From: Octopus vulgaris
Taxonomy: Eukaryota
Assembly: GCA_951406725.2 (NCBI GenBank)
Contig: OX597830.1
Coordinates: 21,390,001 to 21,454,000, forward strand
DNA: 64,000 bases
Reading direction: 5' to 3'
The notes beneath the pieces were generated by a model that saw only the letters and a list, made by a program, of their open reading frames with translations, was not told where the DNA came from and did not search any database. This document shows positions 42,527-61,259 of this stretch, one piece after another (positions within the stretch are counted from its first letter, which is position 1; every line of letters starts with the position of its first letter). Position numbers and translations under genes: made by a program.

Positions 42527-42694
42527 CAGAGGCATGGTTATGTGGTTTAAGAAGATCGCTTTGCACAACCACGTGGTTTCAGGTTCAGTTCCACTGCACG
42601 GCTCTTTGGGCAGGTGTTTTCTACTATGGCTATGGGACGACCAAAGCGTTGTTAACGAATTTGGCAGACGAAAATTGCGTCGAATCCCTTCGTG

Positions 42695-42747
<53 letters not shown>

Positions 42748-42950
42748 GTATGTATGTATGTGTCATTGGACTTTCCGCATCTCCCCCACCGCTTCACAAC
42801 CCGTGCTAGTTTGTTTACGTCCCCGAAACCTAGCGGTATGGCAAAAGAGACCGATATAATTAAGTCCTGGTTTTGATTTGTCCGACTAAAATCCTACAAT
42901 GTAGAGCCCCAGCATGGCCGCAGTCCAATGACTGAAACAAGTAAGACTAA
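42527..42950 (+). mobile_element. SINE family S2 (diverged)
   Basis: gcagaggcatggttatgtggtttaag head. Tail gagccccagcatggccgcagtccaatgactgaaac. Confidence 0.8.
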
Positions 42951-43959
42951 ATATAAAAGCTTGTAGAACGTCAGAGGAAAATGACGTGTTGGTCACCGTT
43001 GGAGCGCCATTCGTCGCAGATCCGATCAATTATGTTCAAAAGCAACCAGTGTGTGGTCGCTTGATGTGCTACATTTAATAGTTAAATATACCTTGAATCA
43101 CATCCTATCATTTTAGAATTAGAAGGATAATATGTCCTGTTGTAGCGCTAGCTACATGTTAGACGGACGGGATGGTCACGGATGGAAAGCTTTTTGATCA
43201 CTGATCTTCTCGTTTGCTGCAGCTAATACGACTACCGCCAATTCTACTACCGTCACCACCACTGCAACCGCCACCGCCACCACCTCCACCACTAAGACCA
43301 TCGCCACAACCACCACCAAAACCATCCTCCACTACCACCCCCACCCCCACCACCACTACCACCACTACCACCACCACTATCACCACAAACATCCACCACC
43401 ACCGCCGCCACCAAAACCATCAACCACAACCACCACCACCGCCACCACCACCACCGTCACCACCACCACCACCACTACCACCACCTATCAACCATCGGTA
43501 TGCAATATCACTACTAACAGTATTAAGAGCACCGCAACCTTCACCACTACCGCAACCACCACAACAATCACCACCACTACCTCTACTACAACCGCCACAA
43601 CATCCCAGTACCAATTTAACCACCGCTACAACCACCAATACCATCACCACACGCACCACCCCTATACGGCCCACAACGGGAATCGACCGATCGTCCAAAG
43701 ATTAAGCGAGGAGGTGATGGAGCTGGTGATGGTGGTATGGTAGTGATGATGATGGCGATGGGTGCGTGGTGGTGGTGGTATTGGTTGTGGTGGTGGTATG
43801 TTGGTGGTGGGTGGTGGGACGTGTGTCGTGGTGGTGGCGGTGGCGGTAAAGCGAGAGAAACTTTGAAGCTGGTGTTGTAACGTGGTTAGCTTTCACTCAC
43901 CCCGGACAGTTAAAGGTTTAAAGAGAAGCACTGATGCGGCTAATTATCGCACTATACAC

Positions 43960-47900
<3,941 letters not shown>

Positions 47901-48602
47901 TACATACAAAAACAGACAACGGGCAGCGAGGATAGTGATACAGTGGTTAGGGATTCGACTCAAGATCGTATGGCCCCCTATTCCCGGCTGTGCATTGTGT
48001 TCTTGAACAGACGCTCAGCCCACTGAGTTGGCAAAAAAAAGTAAATGGCCAAAACCTTGTCTCGTTCTGTATCAAGGGAATTCCCGTTAAGGGTACGCGT
48101 GTCTGTGGGGCGCTCAGCCACTTGAACGTAAATATAACGAGCAGGTTGCTGATCGGATTCACCAATATTTTTTATAAATACATACTTCAGAAAAAACAAC
48201 AACGCGAGGAAACAGTAAAGTATTAGAGACAGGAAGGAAAGAAAGGTGGTTTTATGTTTCGAGCAAAGAGAAAGGAGACAGAGAAAAGTCAAAAGAAACG
48301 GAAGACGGAGGAAAAAAATCGCCAACGATTCACATGTGGTTACATTTTGAAAATGGTACTCCTATATATAGATACATACCTTCTATAAGGTGAGCACAAG
48401 GGTGTACATACGCCGCTATACATATACATACATATATATAAAATATGAATTAGAGATAAAACCACTATTAGGCAACTCAAACAGTGATAGACATAAACCA
48501 ATACATAAATAACAAATAATATAAATATAATTAATATAGTATATAATATATATATAAAATTTAAAATAATTTTTTTTAAATTTAAAATTAAGAAATTTTA
48601 TA

Positions 48603-48647
<45 letters not shown>

Positions 48648-48926
48648 ACATGGAACAAAAACGCAATAGAGTACATTAAAACGTTTGGACAGATAGACGA
48701 TACAAAGGCAGACAAGAGAAACAACAATTAGAAGGACAGGCAATAAAATACGGGTCATTCTTGGCTTTTTTTCATCAGTCAAGTCCCAGAAGTCACGACC
48801 ATTTCGGGCAGTTACACTTAAGACGGTTCGATCTGGTTGCCCAGTCAATAAAAACATATATCAGAAAATAAGCACACTCTAAGGAACAGAGCAGTAATTA
48901 TTACAACAAAAATTTTAATTTTCGAC

Positions 48927-48989
48927 ATAGAATTACCATAGGTTTCGTATCCAAGGCCAAAGCCTTTTGGTCAGCTCATCAGATTCTAT
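48927..48989 (-). ncRNA. Type I hammerhead ribozyme motif with canonical core
   Basis: Minus strand: atagaat-CTGATGA-gctgaccaaaaggc(tttg)gccttggatac-GAAAC-c(tat)g-GTA-attctat. Perfect 7-bp stem I. Predicted cut between 48934 and 48933. Confidence 0.8.
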
Positions 48990-49001
48990 AAAAAGACATG
49001 A

Positions 49002-49310
49002 AATTAGGGAATGGCGAAGATAAAATCCAGCTTACATATGTTCCATAGCTAGCAGAACCTTGAAGTAGTATTTAACCGTACGATGGGTAATCCACCAGCT
49101 TCTCGTCGAGCTAAAGATACCTTAATCAAATAAAGCGTATAACTCGCAGGAGGTTTGATTTAACGTCAATGTAACCTTCATTTGACCAACGTATCTTTGG
49201 TCGGATGAATAGCTAACGGATTACCCCTCGTTTGGATAATTACTGCTTCAGAGGCACTCCACGCTTTGAAACATATGTTGCTTGAATTTTATATTTACCA
49301 TTCCCTAATT
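49002..49310. repeat. ~310-nt imperfect inverted repeat (rod-like fold)
   Basis: Nested pairs aattagggaatgg/ccattccctaatt, acatatgtt/aacatatgt, tgaagtagta/tactgcttca, gggtaatcc/ggattaccc, aaagatac/gtatcttt, tcaaat/atttga. Confidence 0.85.
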
Positions 49311-49772
49311 CTGGATTTTTATTCGCATGCACGACAACCCCAGTTGCTAACCGTCAACTATAAAATAATTTTTTTTTTCCGTTTATCGAACTACTTCGAT
49401 ATAGGAAAACATTACAACCTTCAACGTCAATAAACCACTATTATTCATGGAAGCTGTTTTTTTAGACATTCTACGGACTGCTCGAAGTTTACTAATTTCC
49501 TACACCTAGAACCTCAGGTCTTGCCATTACATATTGCTATATATATATGTATGTATACTCTTTACTATATATATATTCCTGTAAGTTATATATTTTAATA
49601 ATTATTGGTATCTTTATGTATTATATATGTAAAGCATAATATGTTATACATGTATGTATATTGTTGTAATTGTCATTTTAGTAAATAAATAAATTGACAT
49701 AATATAATGTCTAAAAGTTGATGAACCACCCATTGATCTCCTCCATTTTCTTATTGCTCTCTCTCTCTCTAT

Positions 49773-49860
<88 letters not shown>

Positions 49861-49912
49861 AACAAAGATAAATGCGATACAATAAAATTAATTATAATCG
49901 CCGGTGTACCAG

Positions 49913-49949
<37 letters not shown>

Positions 49950-50236
49950 TACATATATGTATACATATATATATATATATGTATGTATGTATATGTATAC
50001 TCTTCACTATATATATATATACACTTACTATATATATATATATATACTCTTTACTATATATACATATATACACACGCAAATATATGGATATATATGTGTG
50101 TGTGTGTATGTGTATATATGTGTGTATATATATATATGTGTGTGTACATATCGATATATCTATCTATCTATACATATATATATGTATGTATGTATATATA
50201 TATTATATATGTATGTATATATATGTATATATATGT

Positions 50237-50309
<73 letters not shown>

Positions 50310-51684
50310 TATACAAAATTTGAAATTGATATGTATGTAGAATGAAAAATATATGTAGGTGATATATGATATATGTATATATGATATACGCATCACGTTT
50401 ATATTTCACATATGTGTAGTGTAGAAGTGGGTGGGTGTTGCAGTATGCATGTTGTGTGTAGTGTATGTTTGTATGTGTGCATGTGTATGAGCGATAACGT
50501 GAGTGTGACAATGTATGACCCTGTTTATGTATAGTATGTGTGTGAGGGTTAAGTGTAAATATGTGTATGTGTGTGTGTGCCTGTCTGTGTGAGAGAGAGT
50601 ATTTGTGTGTGAGTACATGTGTTTTCGCTTACTGTCGTTTACCTTTTATCTGCTACTTGTTTCAGCCATTGGACTGGAGCCATGCTGGTGCACTCCCAGT
50701 TCCTTCCTTAAAAAAAAAATCCTTTTTGAAGTCTGGAACTTATTGAATCGATTTCTTGCGCCAAACCACTAAGTTTCGAAAGACATACACAAACCAAAAC
50801 CGGTTGTCAACTATTTGGCGGTAAAATACCTGCGAAGATCTTCAAAGGATATCGGCAGTAACCTTACATTTCGGAATGGTCAATTATTCCATACTATCTG
50901 GACAAATATCAATAATTTCGCATGGAAACAAAAACTTTGCTGCGCAGAGTTGAACTACAATGTATTAACAACATAACTAGGCTTCTTTTGAAAATCATAT
51001 GTATTTAGAGAGGGTCGAGGCAAATTTTCTGCTAGGTTACTTAATTAAATGTAAGGATATGTTCATAAAAAACAAATCTTTAACCACTTTCCCGTCAGGT
51101 CAAGCTAGCTCCCTGTTGCATTCTTGTTGTCGAATTGGCTTTTGGAAGAATATATTAGAGTTTTCGAAAAACAATTATGATTAAGAAGAAATTGCTTGGA
51201 GGTAATACGATTACAAGTAAGGAAAGGGATGTAGAAATTGATGTTTATATTAATTTTATATATACACATTAGAGATTCGCTAATTCATCCAATAATTTGC
51301 ATAACGAAAATATAAATACTAATGGCGAAGCGAGTCCGGAAAGAGCCGAACACTTGAGCGGTCTTAACTGATGAGGTAACAGATATTGACGAACCTGACA
51401 GTTAACAGAACTTGCAAAATATTTAGAAGAAGCATAACTTATTTTAATAGTAATTTTATTAAGCGCTTATGATTTATTGAAGAATGAGACAATACACTGT
51501 TGGTTTGGACATCTAGACTAAATGTTGGATTATACCATTGAATATTTCTTGATTCTTGACTAAACCTGAAAACATAGGTGCAGAAAAGTATACAAGACTT
51601 CAAATTTACCTCTGCTTTTTAGGGATATATAACAGCATGACTTATTTGCATAGCACCGTTATTGTTAGAGTTATTATTATTATT

Positions 51685-52233
51685 GAGTGAGAGAGCAGTG
51701 CATACCATTAAAGTGACACTGGGGTACAAATATACGAAGCCCAATATACCCATCATAACTACCCGTCTGTACCAGGCACATGCATCACAACCATATGTGC
51801 GCGACATGGTGATCTCATATCAAGATAAACAGCACATGACCTTGCAGGTGGGGCCCAATTAGAATTTTCTTCAGGTCGAGTAACCCATCCCGTTCAAAAG
51901 GTCCTTGAATAAAGTGTGTTTAAGGCGGTTGAACGAAACACCCATGTTTCCAGAGGTGAATTATCCAAACATCCAAGAATCCCTCTCAACACATGGATAT
52001 GATGCTCCCCAACTACTACTGCTTGTGATCAGAGATGCACATATCGTCAGCCACTAAGGGACATGGTCAGCTGGTTAAGGTCAAATAACTGACAAGCAAA
52101 TCTGTGTTAGTGAGAATAATAGTTGCTGTAGCCCATCTTTTATACCAAGACAAAACAATGTACATGATAACACTTCCAATCAGTTAAGATCAGAAGCCAC
52201 GAGAGCGACTCTCTGGTACTGCATCAGAGCATT
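51685..52233 (-). mobile_element. Family L element in (ATT)n
   Basis: Reverse complement of 26525-27080, somewhat more diverged. Confidence 0.85.
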
Positions 52234-52246
52234 TATTATTATTATA

Positions 52247-52329
<83 letters not shown>

Positions 52330-52333
52330 CTAA

Positions 52334-52545
52334 GGTGGCCAGCTGCCAGAATCGTTAGCACGCCGGACGAAATGCTTAGCGGTATTTTGTCCGACTTTAA
52401 GTTCTGAGTTCAAATTCGCCGAATTTGACTTTGCCTTTCATCCTTTCGGGGTCGATAAACTAAGTACCAGTGAAACACTGGGGTCAATGCAATATAGTAG
52501 ACTCCTTCCCCCAAAATGGCTGCCCATGTGGCAAAATTTAAAACC
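52334..52545 (+). mobile_element. SINE family S1
   Basis: Same head and body as 1979-2185. Follows an (ATT)n tract. Confidence 0.8.
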
Positions 52546-52814
52546 ATTATTAATGTTGTTGTTGTCGTCGTCGTCTTATGTTGTTATTTTTACAATATAC
52601 ATCAATTGCTAATATACATACATGTGTGTGCGTTTATGTGTGTGTACATACCAACTTTTCTTAAAATCATATATATTCAAATATGTTGTGTGTTTACACA
52701 CACACATATTTGTTGCTATGCTTATCATATTGCTCCAACCAAACCTTTCGCGATACCATCAAAGCCAGGGACTTTTCAGCACCACCTTGTATATATATAT
52801 ATATATATATATAT

Positions 52815-53545
<731 letters not shown>

Positions 53546-53682
53546 TACTTATTACTTATATATTGTTTATTCATTTTTGTACTTTTGTGATCTAGTTATA
53601 TGTTTTATGATATATTTTATTTTTTCTTTATGATTTGGTGTATGTCTATCATTGTTTGAATTGCATAGTAGTGGTTTTTCTC

Positions 53683-53730
<48 letters not shown>

Positions 53731-53746
53731 CATATATACATATATG

Positions 53747-53827
<81 letters not shown>

Positions 53828-54049
53828 GAATGAATGCTTCTTGATCAACATGGAATAACAAACGTATATTAATTATCCATGAAATCGATGCCTGAAAAAT
53901 ACAATTGCCGTTGATATCTAGAATGGTAAAATGAAAGAAACCTATAGAAAGCAATATGATAAACATAGGAACAAATATGTATACACACAAACTCACACAC
54001 TCACACACACACACACATACACAAACAAACATAAATGTAATACCATACA

Positions 54050-55985
54050 GCTACGTGACTCTACGTTCCGTGTTCAAATTCCGACGAAGTCAACCTTGCC
54101 TTTTATCTTCGTAGTTTTGATGGAATACAGTACCAGTGAAATACTAGGGTCCATATAATCAACAATCCTAAGGCGGCGAGCTGGCAGAATCGTTAGCACG
54201 CCGAACAAAATGTCGCTAAACATTCTGAGTTCGATTGACTTTGCCTTTCATCCTTACGGAATCGATAAAATAAATACCTGTCAGTTACTGGGGTCGATGT
54301 AATTGACTAGTCCCTTTCCCGAAAATTTAAGGCCTTGTGTCTTTCGTCGAAAGAATTATTAGATATAAGGCGGCGAGCTGGCAGAATCGTTAGCACGCCG
54401 GGAAAAATGCTTAGCGACATTTCGTCTGTCTTTACAATCTGAGTTCAAATTCCGCCGAGGTCAACTGTGCATTTCATCCTTTCTGGATCGATAAATTAAG
54501 TACCAGCTGCGTACTGGAGTCGATCTAATCGACTGGCCCCTTACCCCAAAATTTCGGGCTTTGTGCCTAGAGTAGAAAAAAATATTCTGAGTTCAACTTC
54601 CGCGGAAGTCGACTTCACTTTTCATCCTTTCGGAGTCGATAAAATAAGTACCAGCTGAATACTGGGGTCGATGCAATAGACTTCCCCCCACCCTTTCCAA
54701 AAAATTAAGGCCTTGTGCTTATAGAAGAAAGGCTGTAATCAGCTATACTCGTCACTCAAAAATTTCTCTTTTGTTCCAAAATAAGACATTCTTGTCGTGG
54801 CTTAACGAATACCATTGGATTGGTAGGGTCATTAAGGTGTTGCACAAAATTTTTTTTTTGGTATTTGGTCCTGCAACTTTGCGTAACGAGGTCACCTTTT
54901 TCTTTTCATTTTTCCGTTGTTCTTTCAACCCAAAATTTCATCCTTTGCGCCTACACCAGAAATCATTATTCTAGCCGGATAAAAGTCGGCGAGCTGGCAG
55001 AATCGTTAGCACACTGGACGAAATTATTAGTGGTATTACGCCCGTCGCTACGTTCTGAGTTCAAATTCCACGAGGTCAACTTTGCCTTTCAACAATTCCA
55101 GGTCGATAAATTAAGTACCAGTTACGCACTGGGGTCGATGTAATCGACTAGACCTCTCCCCACAAATTTGAGGCCTTGTATCTCCAGTAGAAATCATTAT
55201 TATAACTAAATAAAGGCGGCGAGCTGGCAGAATCGTTCGCTACGTTCTGAGTTCAAATTCCGCCGAAGTCGGCTTTGCCTTTCAACCTTTGGGTTCGATA
55301 AATGAAGTACCAATGAAACACTAGGGTCTATGTAATCGATTATCTCCTCCCCAAATTTAAGGCCTTGTGCCTATAGTAGAAAGGATTATTATAGCTGAAT
55401 AATTAAAATGAGGGAAAAAATACCTCGTAGTATCATTTCCGTCCTTTTACCTTCTGGTATTAAATCCTGCTGGACGAGCCCTTGCCCAATTGCTCTTGGC
55501 TTAATAAAATAGAGGACCAATCAATTACTGAGGCCGAAACAACAGACATTTTTTTTCTCCAACCAATATTTCTGGTATTCCAGTTATATAAACTAATGGC
55601 TTCAAATATTTGTACAAAAACAACGATTTCGGAGCAGAGGAAAAGTCGATTATATCGACCCCAGTGTCCAGTTGGTACCTATTTTATATAGACCTCGAAA
55701 GGCTGAATGCAAAGTCGACATCGGTGGAATTTGAACTCAGAACATAAAGACGGATAAAATGCCACTGAGCATTTTGCCCGTCGCGATAACGATTCTGCCA
55801 GCTCGGTTGTCTTAACCGGATATATAATATGGGTTTCGAATTTTAGCACAAGTCCAGCAGTTTCAGTGGCGGGGGTGAGGATGGGGTAAGTTGATTACAT
55901 CGACCCCAGTGCTCAACTGGTACTTATTTTATCGACTCTGAAGGGATGAAAGGTAAAAGCAATCTCGGCGGAATTTGAACTCAAA
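54050..55985. mobile_element. Cluster of S1 SINEs: six + strand copies then two - strand copies
   Basis: + copies at ~54055, 54171, 54369, 54586, 54985 and 55215. - copies at ~55640-55805 and 55840-55985. Confidence 0.85.
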
Positions 55986-56439
55986 TAAATCAATTATTTA
56001 CACTTCGAAAAATACTGAGTACTTGGTAATATTTTGCAGAATTACCGCATACATAACAATATTTGGAAACTTATTTACATCTACCTACATATCTACACAT
56101 ACTAATATTTGTCTGTAAAAGAGTGTGTGTGCGTGTGTGTATGTATGTATGTATGTATGTATGTATGTATGTATGTATGTATGTATGTATGTATGTATGT
56201 ATGTATAGGTGTATGTAAGAGAGGCGTATAACTATATTATACGGAACTCTTCTTTACACTTCATAACGAAAACATAACACGATGTTTTGAGAAATTTGAA
56301 AAGTTAACACGAAACCGGTAATTTCTTCAAAAACTATGTCACTGTATGAAAAAAAATTATAACATTCTTCTGACATAATGACTCAAATATATTTTTTAAC
56401 CTTTTAAAACAAGCCTTCTGTAGTTTTTTCACTTTTTAC

Positions 56440-56493
<54 letters not shown>

Positions 56494-56496
56494 CAT

Positions 56497-56754
56497 TTGC
56501 TCTTTTACTTGTTTCAGTCATTTGACTGTGGCCATGCTGGAGCACTGCCTTTAGTCGAGCAAGTCGAGCCCAGGACTTATTCTATCGGTCTCTTTTGCCG
56601 AACCGCTATGTTACGGGGATGTAAACACACCAGCATCGGTTGTCAAGCGATGTTGGGGTGGGGGGACAAACACAGACACACAAACATACACACACACACA
56701 TATATACATACATATATATATATGTGTATGTGTGTGTGTGCGTGCGTATATATG

Positions 56755-56790
<36 letters not shown>

Positions 56791-56947
56791 CACATATATA
56801 CGACGGGCTTCTTTCAGTATCTGTCTACCAAATTACCAAATCCACTCACAAGGCTTTGGTCGGCCCGTGCCCAAGGTGCTACGCAGTGGGACTGAACCCG
56901 GAACCATGTGGTTTCCTAAGCAAGCTACTCACCACACAGCCACTCCG
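56497..56947 (-). mobile_element. SINE family S2, near full length
   Basis: Matches 32118-32592 with small internal deletions. Confidence 0.85.
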
Positions 56948-57220
56948 TATGTGTACGAATGTATGCATGTGTATATGTATATATATGTGTGCATGTGTGT
57001 GGTGTGTTTGTGTGTGTGTAGGGGGGGAGTTGTTGGGTTGGTTGGTTGGTTGGTTGGTTGGTTGCGTGTGTGCATCTGTGTGAGTGATGTAGGCGCAAGA
57101 GCAGGATTGAACTCGGTATACATAGTCTAAAACCTGTTGATACGTTCAGGAATAGTTTTGTCCAAACATACACTGATCCCCCCCACACACACAAACACTT
57201 CCTGTACCCATATATGCATA

Positions 57221-57280
<60 letters not shown>

Positions 57281-57624
57281 ACATATAAATATATACACAA
57301 TCATACATACATATACATACACACATACATATATATGTGTGTGTATGCTTTATACAAATATGTACATATGTATGTAGATATATTTGGGCGTGCTTTCTTA
57401 TATGTATATATCTACATACACCCGTGTGTGTGTGTGTGTGTGTATACTGGATATCTCATTGACATATCATTTATTCATATAGCAATATATTATAAGTGTG
57501 TATATAAATAGCAACGTATCACATTGGGTGTTATTAGTTATCTCTAGGATATTGACCAGAAAATATATTACATATGACGATAGAGTAAACACTCCGGACT
57601 ATGTGCATATTCGGTTAGTGTCCA

Positions 57625-57640
57625 TAGCGCCACCTAGTGT
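57625..57640 (-). promoter_or_regulatory. CTCF-like binding motif
   Basis: tagcgccacctagtgt; the reverse complement acactaggtggcgcta fits CCASYAGRKGGCRS except at the first base. Motif match only. Confidence 0.35.
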
Positions 57641-57780
57641 GTAATGTACACACATACACAGACACACACGCGCGCGCGCACACACATATGCATACTCACA
57701 CGCACACACATATACACTGACGTGTGTACATCAATGACTTTATGATATTGTTTTTGTAGAGATCCAGTATATGTATGTGC

Positions 57781-57834
<54 letters not shown>

Positions 57835-58326
57835 ATGTGTATGTGTGTGTATGTGTGTGTGTTTATGTTTGTGTGTGTGTGCGCGCGTGTAGATAGATGG
57901 ATAGATATAGATACACACACATACCCACAAGTGACTACATTCATCATACATATATTGGATCAATGAATGTGTAACACACACATACACACATATATATGTA
58001 TATATGTGCGTGTGTACGTGTGCATGTGTGTGTGTATGTATGGTGGAGCGTGGTTCTGAGTCATATGCGTAGCTGGATTAAACCTTGGACATCTCTGTGC
58101 TGAAGACGCCAGTTGAGGTAGAAACTTATTTCAGCGATACCTTTTGTCTCTGAAAAAAGAACAAAACACAACTGTTTTCTTAATGGTATGTTAATTCAAG
58201 AGGATTGTTGATTGCTTCAGGTTAGCTTCTTTTTCTCATCCAGTCTCTATTGTAATCGCCTCACCTCTATCGAAGAGAGGTAATTTTAATAACCCAACAA
58301 TTTATATTGTTTGATGTTTAATATGC

Positions 58327-58485
58327 CAGTGGTTGCCAGCCTTTTTACAGTGGTTCCCAGCCCTTTTGTTTAAGTGACTCCTTTTGATATGCTTATCCTT
58401 ATGTATATATTTATGTATGAAATTTTGAATTTAGTTCACGGACCGCCAGTACTATCTTTGCGGAACCCACTTTGTTAACCACTGT
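58327..58485. mobile_element. Decayed hAT-type MITE
   Basis: cagtggtt(g/c)ccagcc start (twice) and aaccactg end. Similar hAT-type ends at ~23921 and ~37131. Confidence 0.5.
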
Positions 58486-59499
58486 AACGTATCTTTCTCT
58501 GTCCTTGTTATCTAAATACTTGATAACGACCTCTCTGGGTTATTTATATGATCTCATTTCTCTTATACGCGTAACAACCGGTACTCCGTCAGTTACGACG
58601 ACGAGTGTCCCAGCTGATCCGATCAACGGAAAGGCCGGCTCGTGAAATTAACGTGCAAGTGGCTGAGCACTCCACAGACACACATACCCTTAACTTAATT
58701 CTCAGAGAGATCCAGTGTAACATAGAGTTTGACAAGGATGGTCCTTTGAGACAGAGATGCGACTTGTTATTGCCAGCTCAATGGACAGAAGCAAAGAGAA
58801 ATAAAATGTCTTGCCCAAGGATACAACGCACCGCCAGGAATTGAAGTCACGACCTTCCGATCATGACCCGGGTACTGTAACTACTCGCACACGTAATAAA
58901 CACGCACATACGCGTACACATATACACACTTTCAAACATACATACGATTATATGGGACAAGAACAGAAAACATCCAGACAGGTGATACAAAAATGGGACA
59001 GCAAAACATCCAAATAGACGATTCGAAGAAAAGAAGGATGGGTCATTCGAAGTTTTTTTCCTCAGTCGAGTACCAGATTATCATCGCAATATCGGCTGAT
59101 TATACTCGAGATTGCTCCAATCTGGCCAGCCCCAAGGAAAAACTAAGCTAAGAGCATTAGATTCCTTGGAAGAAAGCAGCGAATGTATACGAAAACACGG
59201 ACGAAAATAAACGGATAATGTTACACAAATATAATAAAATTAATAACAGGACATAACAACAGGTGTCTTTCGACTAAGGACGAATTGAATTAAGCTGGCG
59301 TGTGTGGAGATAAAGCCTTACGGAAGGAATACAAGATTTCACAGGCACAGGGAGGAATATCGATGTTGCATGGACGACGGCCAACCAAGAAAGAAAGATT
59401 AGGCTTGGCTGAACGCCGGTCACGTAGGAAGAGAAGAGAGAGAGGTAGAGGCAGAGGGATAGAAGATTTAAGGAGGGGTGAGAAAAATGTCAGGGACGC

Positions 59500-59542
<43 letters not shown>

Positions 59543-59595
59543 CAAAATGGGACAAGAACGCAAAACATCCGGACAGTTAGGTGATACAAAAATGG

Positions 59596-59635
<40 letters not shown>

Positions 59636-60114
59636 CGGGTCACAACCCAGAAACCCTAAAAGGGCTCCCATGCGTTCCCAGACTATATAGAACATAGGAG
59701 GAAATACTAATAAGTTATGTATACTAAAATCGTGAAGCATGTTGCGTAATAACAGACTAATCGGATATGAGATAATAACAATTCAAATTAAATGACTCTG
59801 AAAAGGGCTTTTCTGCGTTCCTAGAGAACATTACCCTCAGGGGCGTTAGTGTTTCTATATTCGTGAATAAGTCACTAACCGAAATAAGTGGATCTATTGT
59901 TTAGGAAAATACTATTTACTTGTTTAAAGGTTGTACTGGATAAATTGCAAAAATAACACTAAGGGTTCAAATGCTAAGAAATAAGCATACTCAATTTCAC
60001 TTTTACCAAATAATTTAGGAATATGAATGGGTTATTTCCCTTGGCTATATATAAGGATCCCTTCCAGGGGCGAATTGCTTATTTCCCTTGCCTTTTAAAA
60101 TAAAATATGTTAGA

Positions 60115-60306
60115 TATATATAAGGATCCCTTCCAGGGGCCCTGTTATCGATTTTTTTTCAACAATCTGAGTATGCCATGAGTTTTCCAGATATGAGCTC
60201 TACTCACGTGTCAAGTTACATCAAAATCAATAAAACGATGTAGGTGGAGTTAGCTAACAACTCCACTTACACACCCACAGACAGGATTTCCCGCATGTGT
60301 AGTAGA
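60115..60306 (-). mobile_element. Probable Helitron-type 5' end fragment
   Basis: Minus strand begins a-TCTACTA..atgcgggaaatcctgtctgtg, similar in style to the 5' end of the 1332 element. No CTAG end identified. Confidence 0.35.
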
Positions 60307-60946
60307 TATATATGTGTGTGTTTATATATATATATATATAAACTTACTTGGAGAAAAGAAACGAAACGACGCGAGGGCGCTCAGTCATATAATAATCTAA
60401 TAAATAAAATATATACATACATACATACATATATGTACGTACCTACATCTACATGTATATATACATGCATATATATACATATATATATGAGTACAGGACT
60501 CCACAATTAAACGTAGAACGCAACGAGAAACGAAAACATAAAAACAAACTAGGAAACGGACTTTTTTTAACAACGAAAAAACAGAGTACAAGACATGCAA
60601 TACAAGGAATATTCCCCTTCATCAGCTGTCCCTGGTTCGACTCAATACGTGTTTCGAAGGTAAGGACAGAACACGATCAGCACGAAGCAGTCCTTCCTGC
60701 AAAAGAATTAAATAAAATTCCTTTGCAGAGGGGTAAAACAAGGAAAGAAAAAATGTGACAAGAACAGGACGTAAAAGCAATACAAATAAAAATACAGTAC
60801 ACATATATGCACGTGTCTGTGTGTGTGTATGTGTGTGTGAGTGAGAGACAGAGAGAGAGAAAGCGAGTGAAGGGGTGTGTTGTCATGTATACGTACATAA
60901 GTAAATAGGCATACATCGTTCTTGTATGTATGTGTGCGTGTGTGTA

Positions 60947-60986
<40 letters not shown>

Positions 60987-61259
60987 TGTCATCAGACATC
61001 ATTCTCTCACACACACATACATGCAAAAATAATGTATACATGTATTTATGTATGTACGAATACATGACAACAAACCCCTTCACTCACTCAGACACACACA
61101 TACATAAATGTATGCAAACGTAGTACAAAAACAAACGTGTGGGTGCGTGTCTGACTACAAATGCATAGAGCTGAACAAGGCGTGAAAAATGAAATAAATA
61201 AATAAATTTTACGGAAATTAACGAAGTGTGCGCGTTCAAGCAAAATAACGACCATACTT

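Noticed and set aside
51364-51406. CTGATGA as a hammerhead core (also 17181 and 41784)
   Set aside because: No properly placed GAAA-stem III-UH. At 51364 the sequence is better explained as a simple hairpin (ttaactg/cagttaa).
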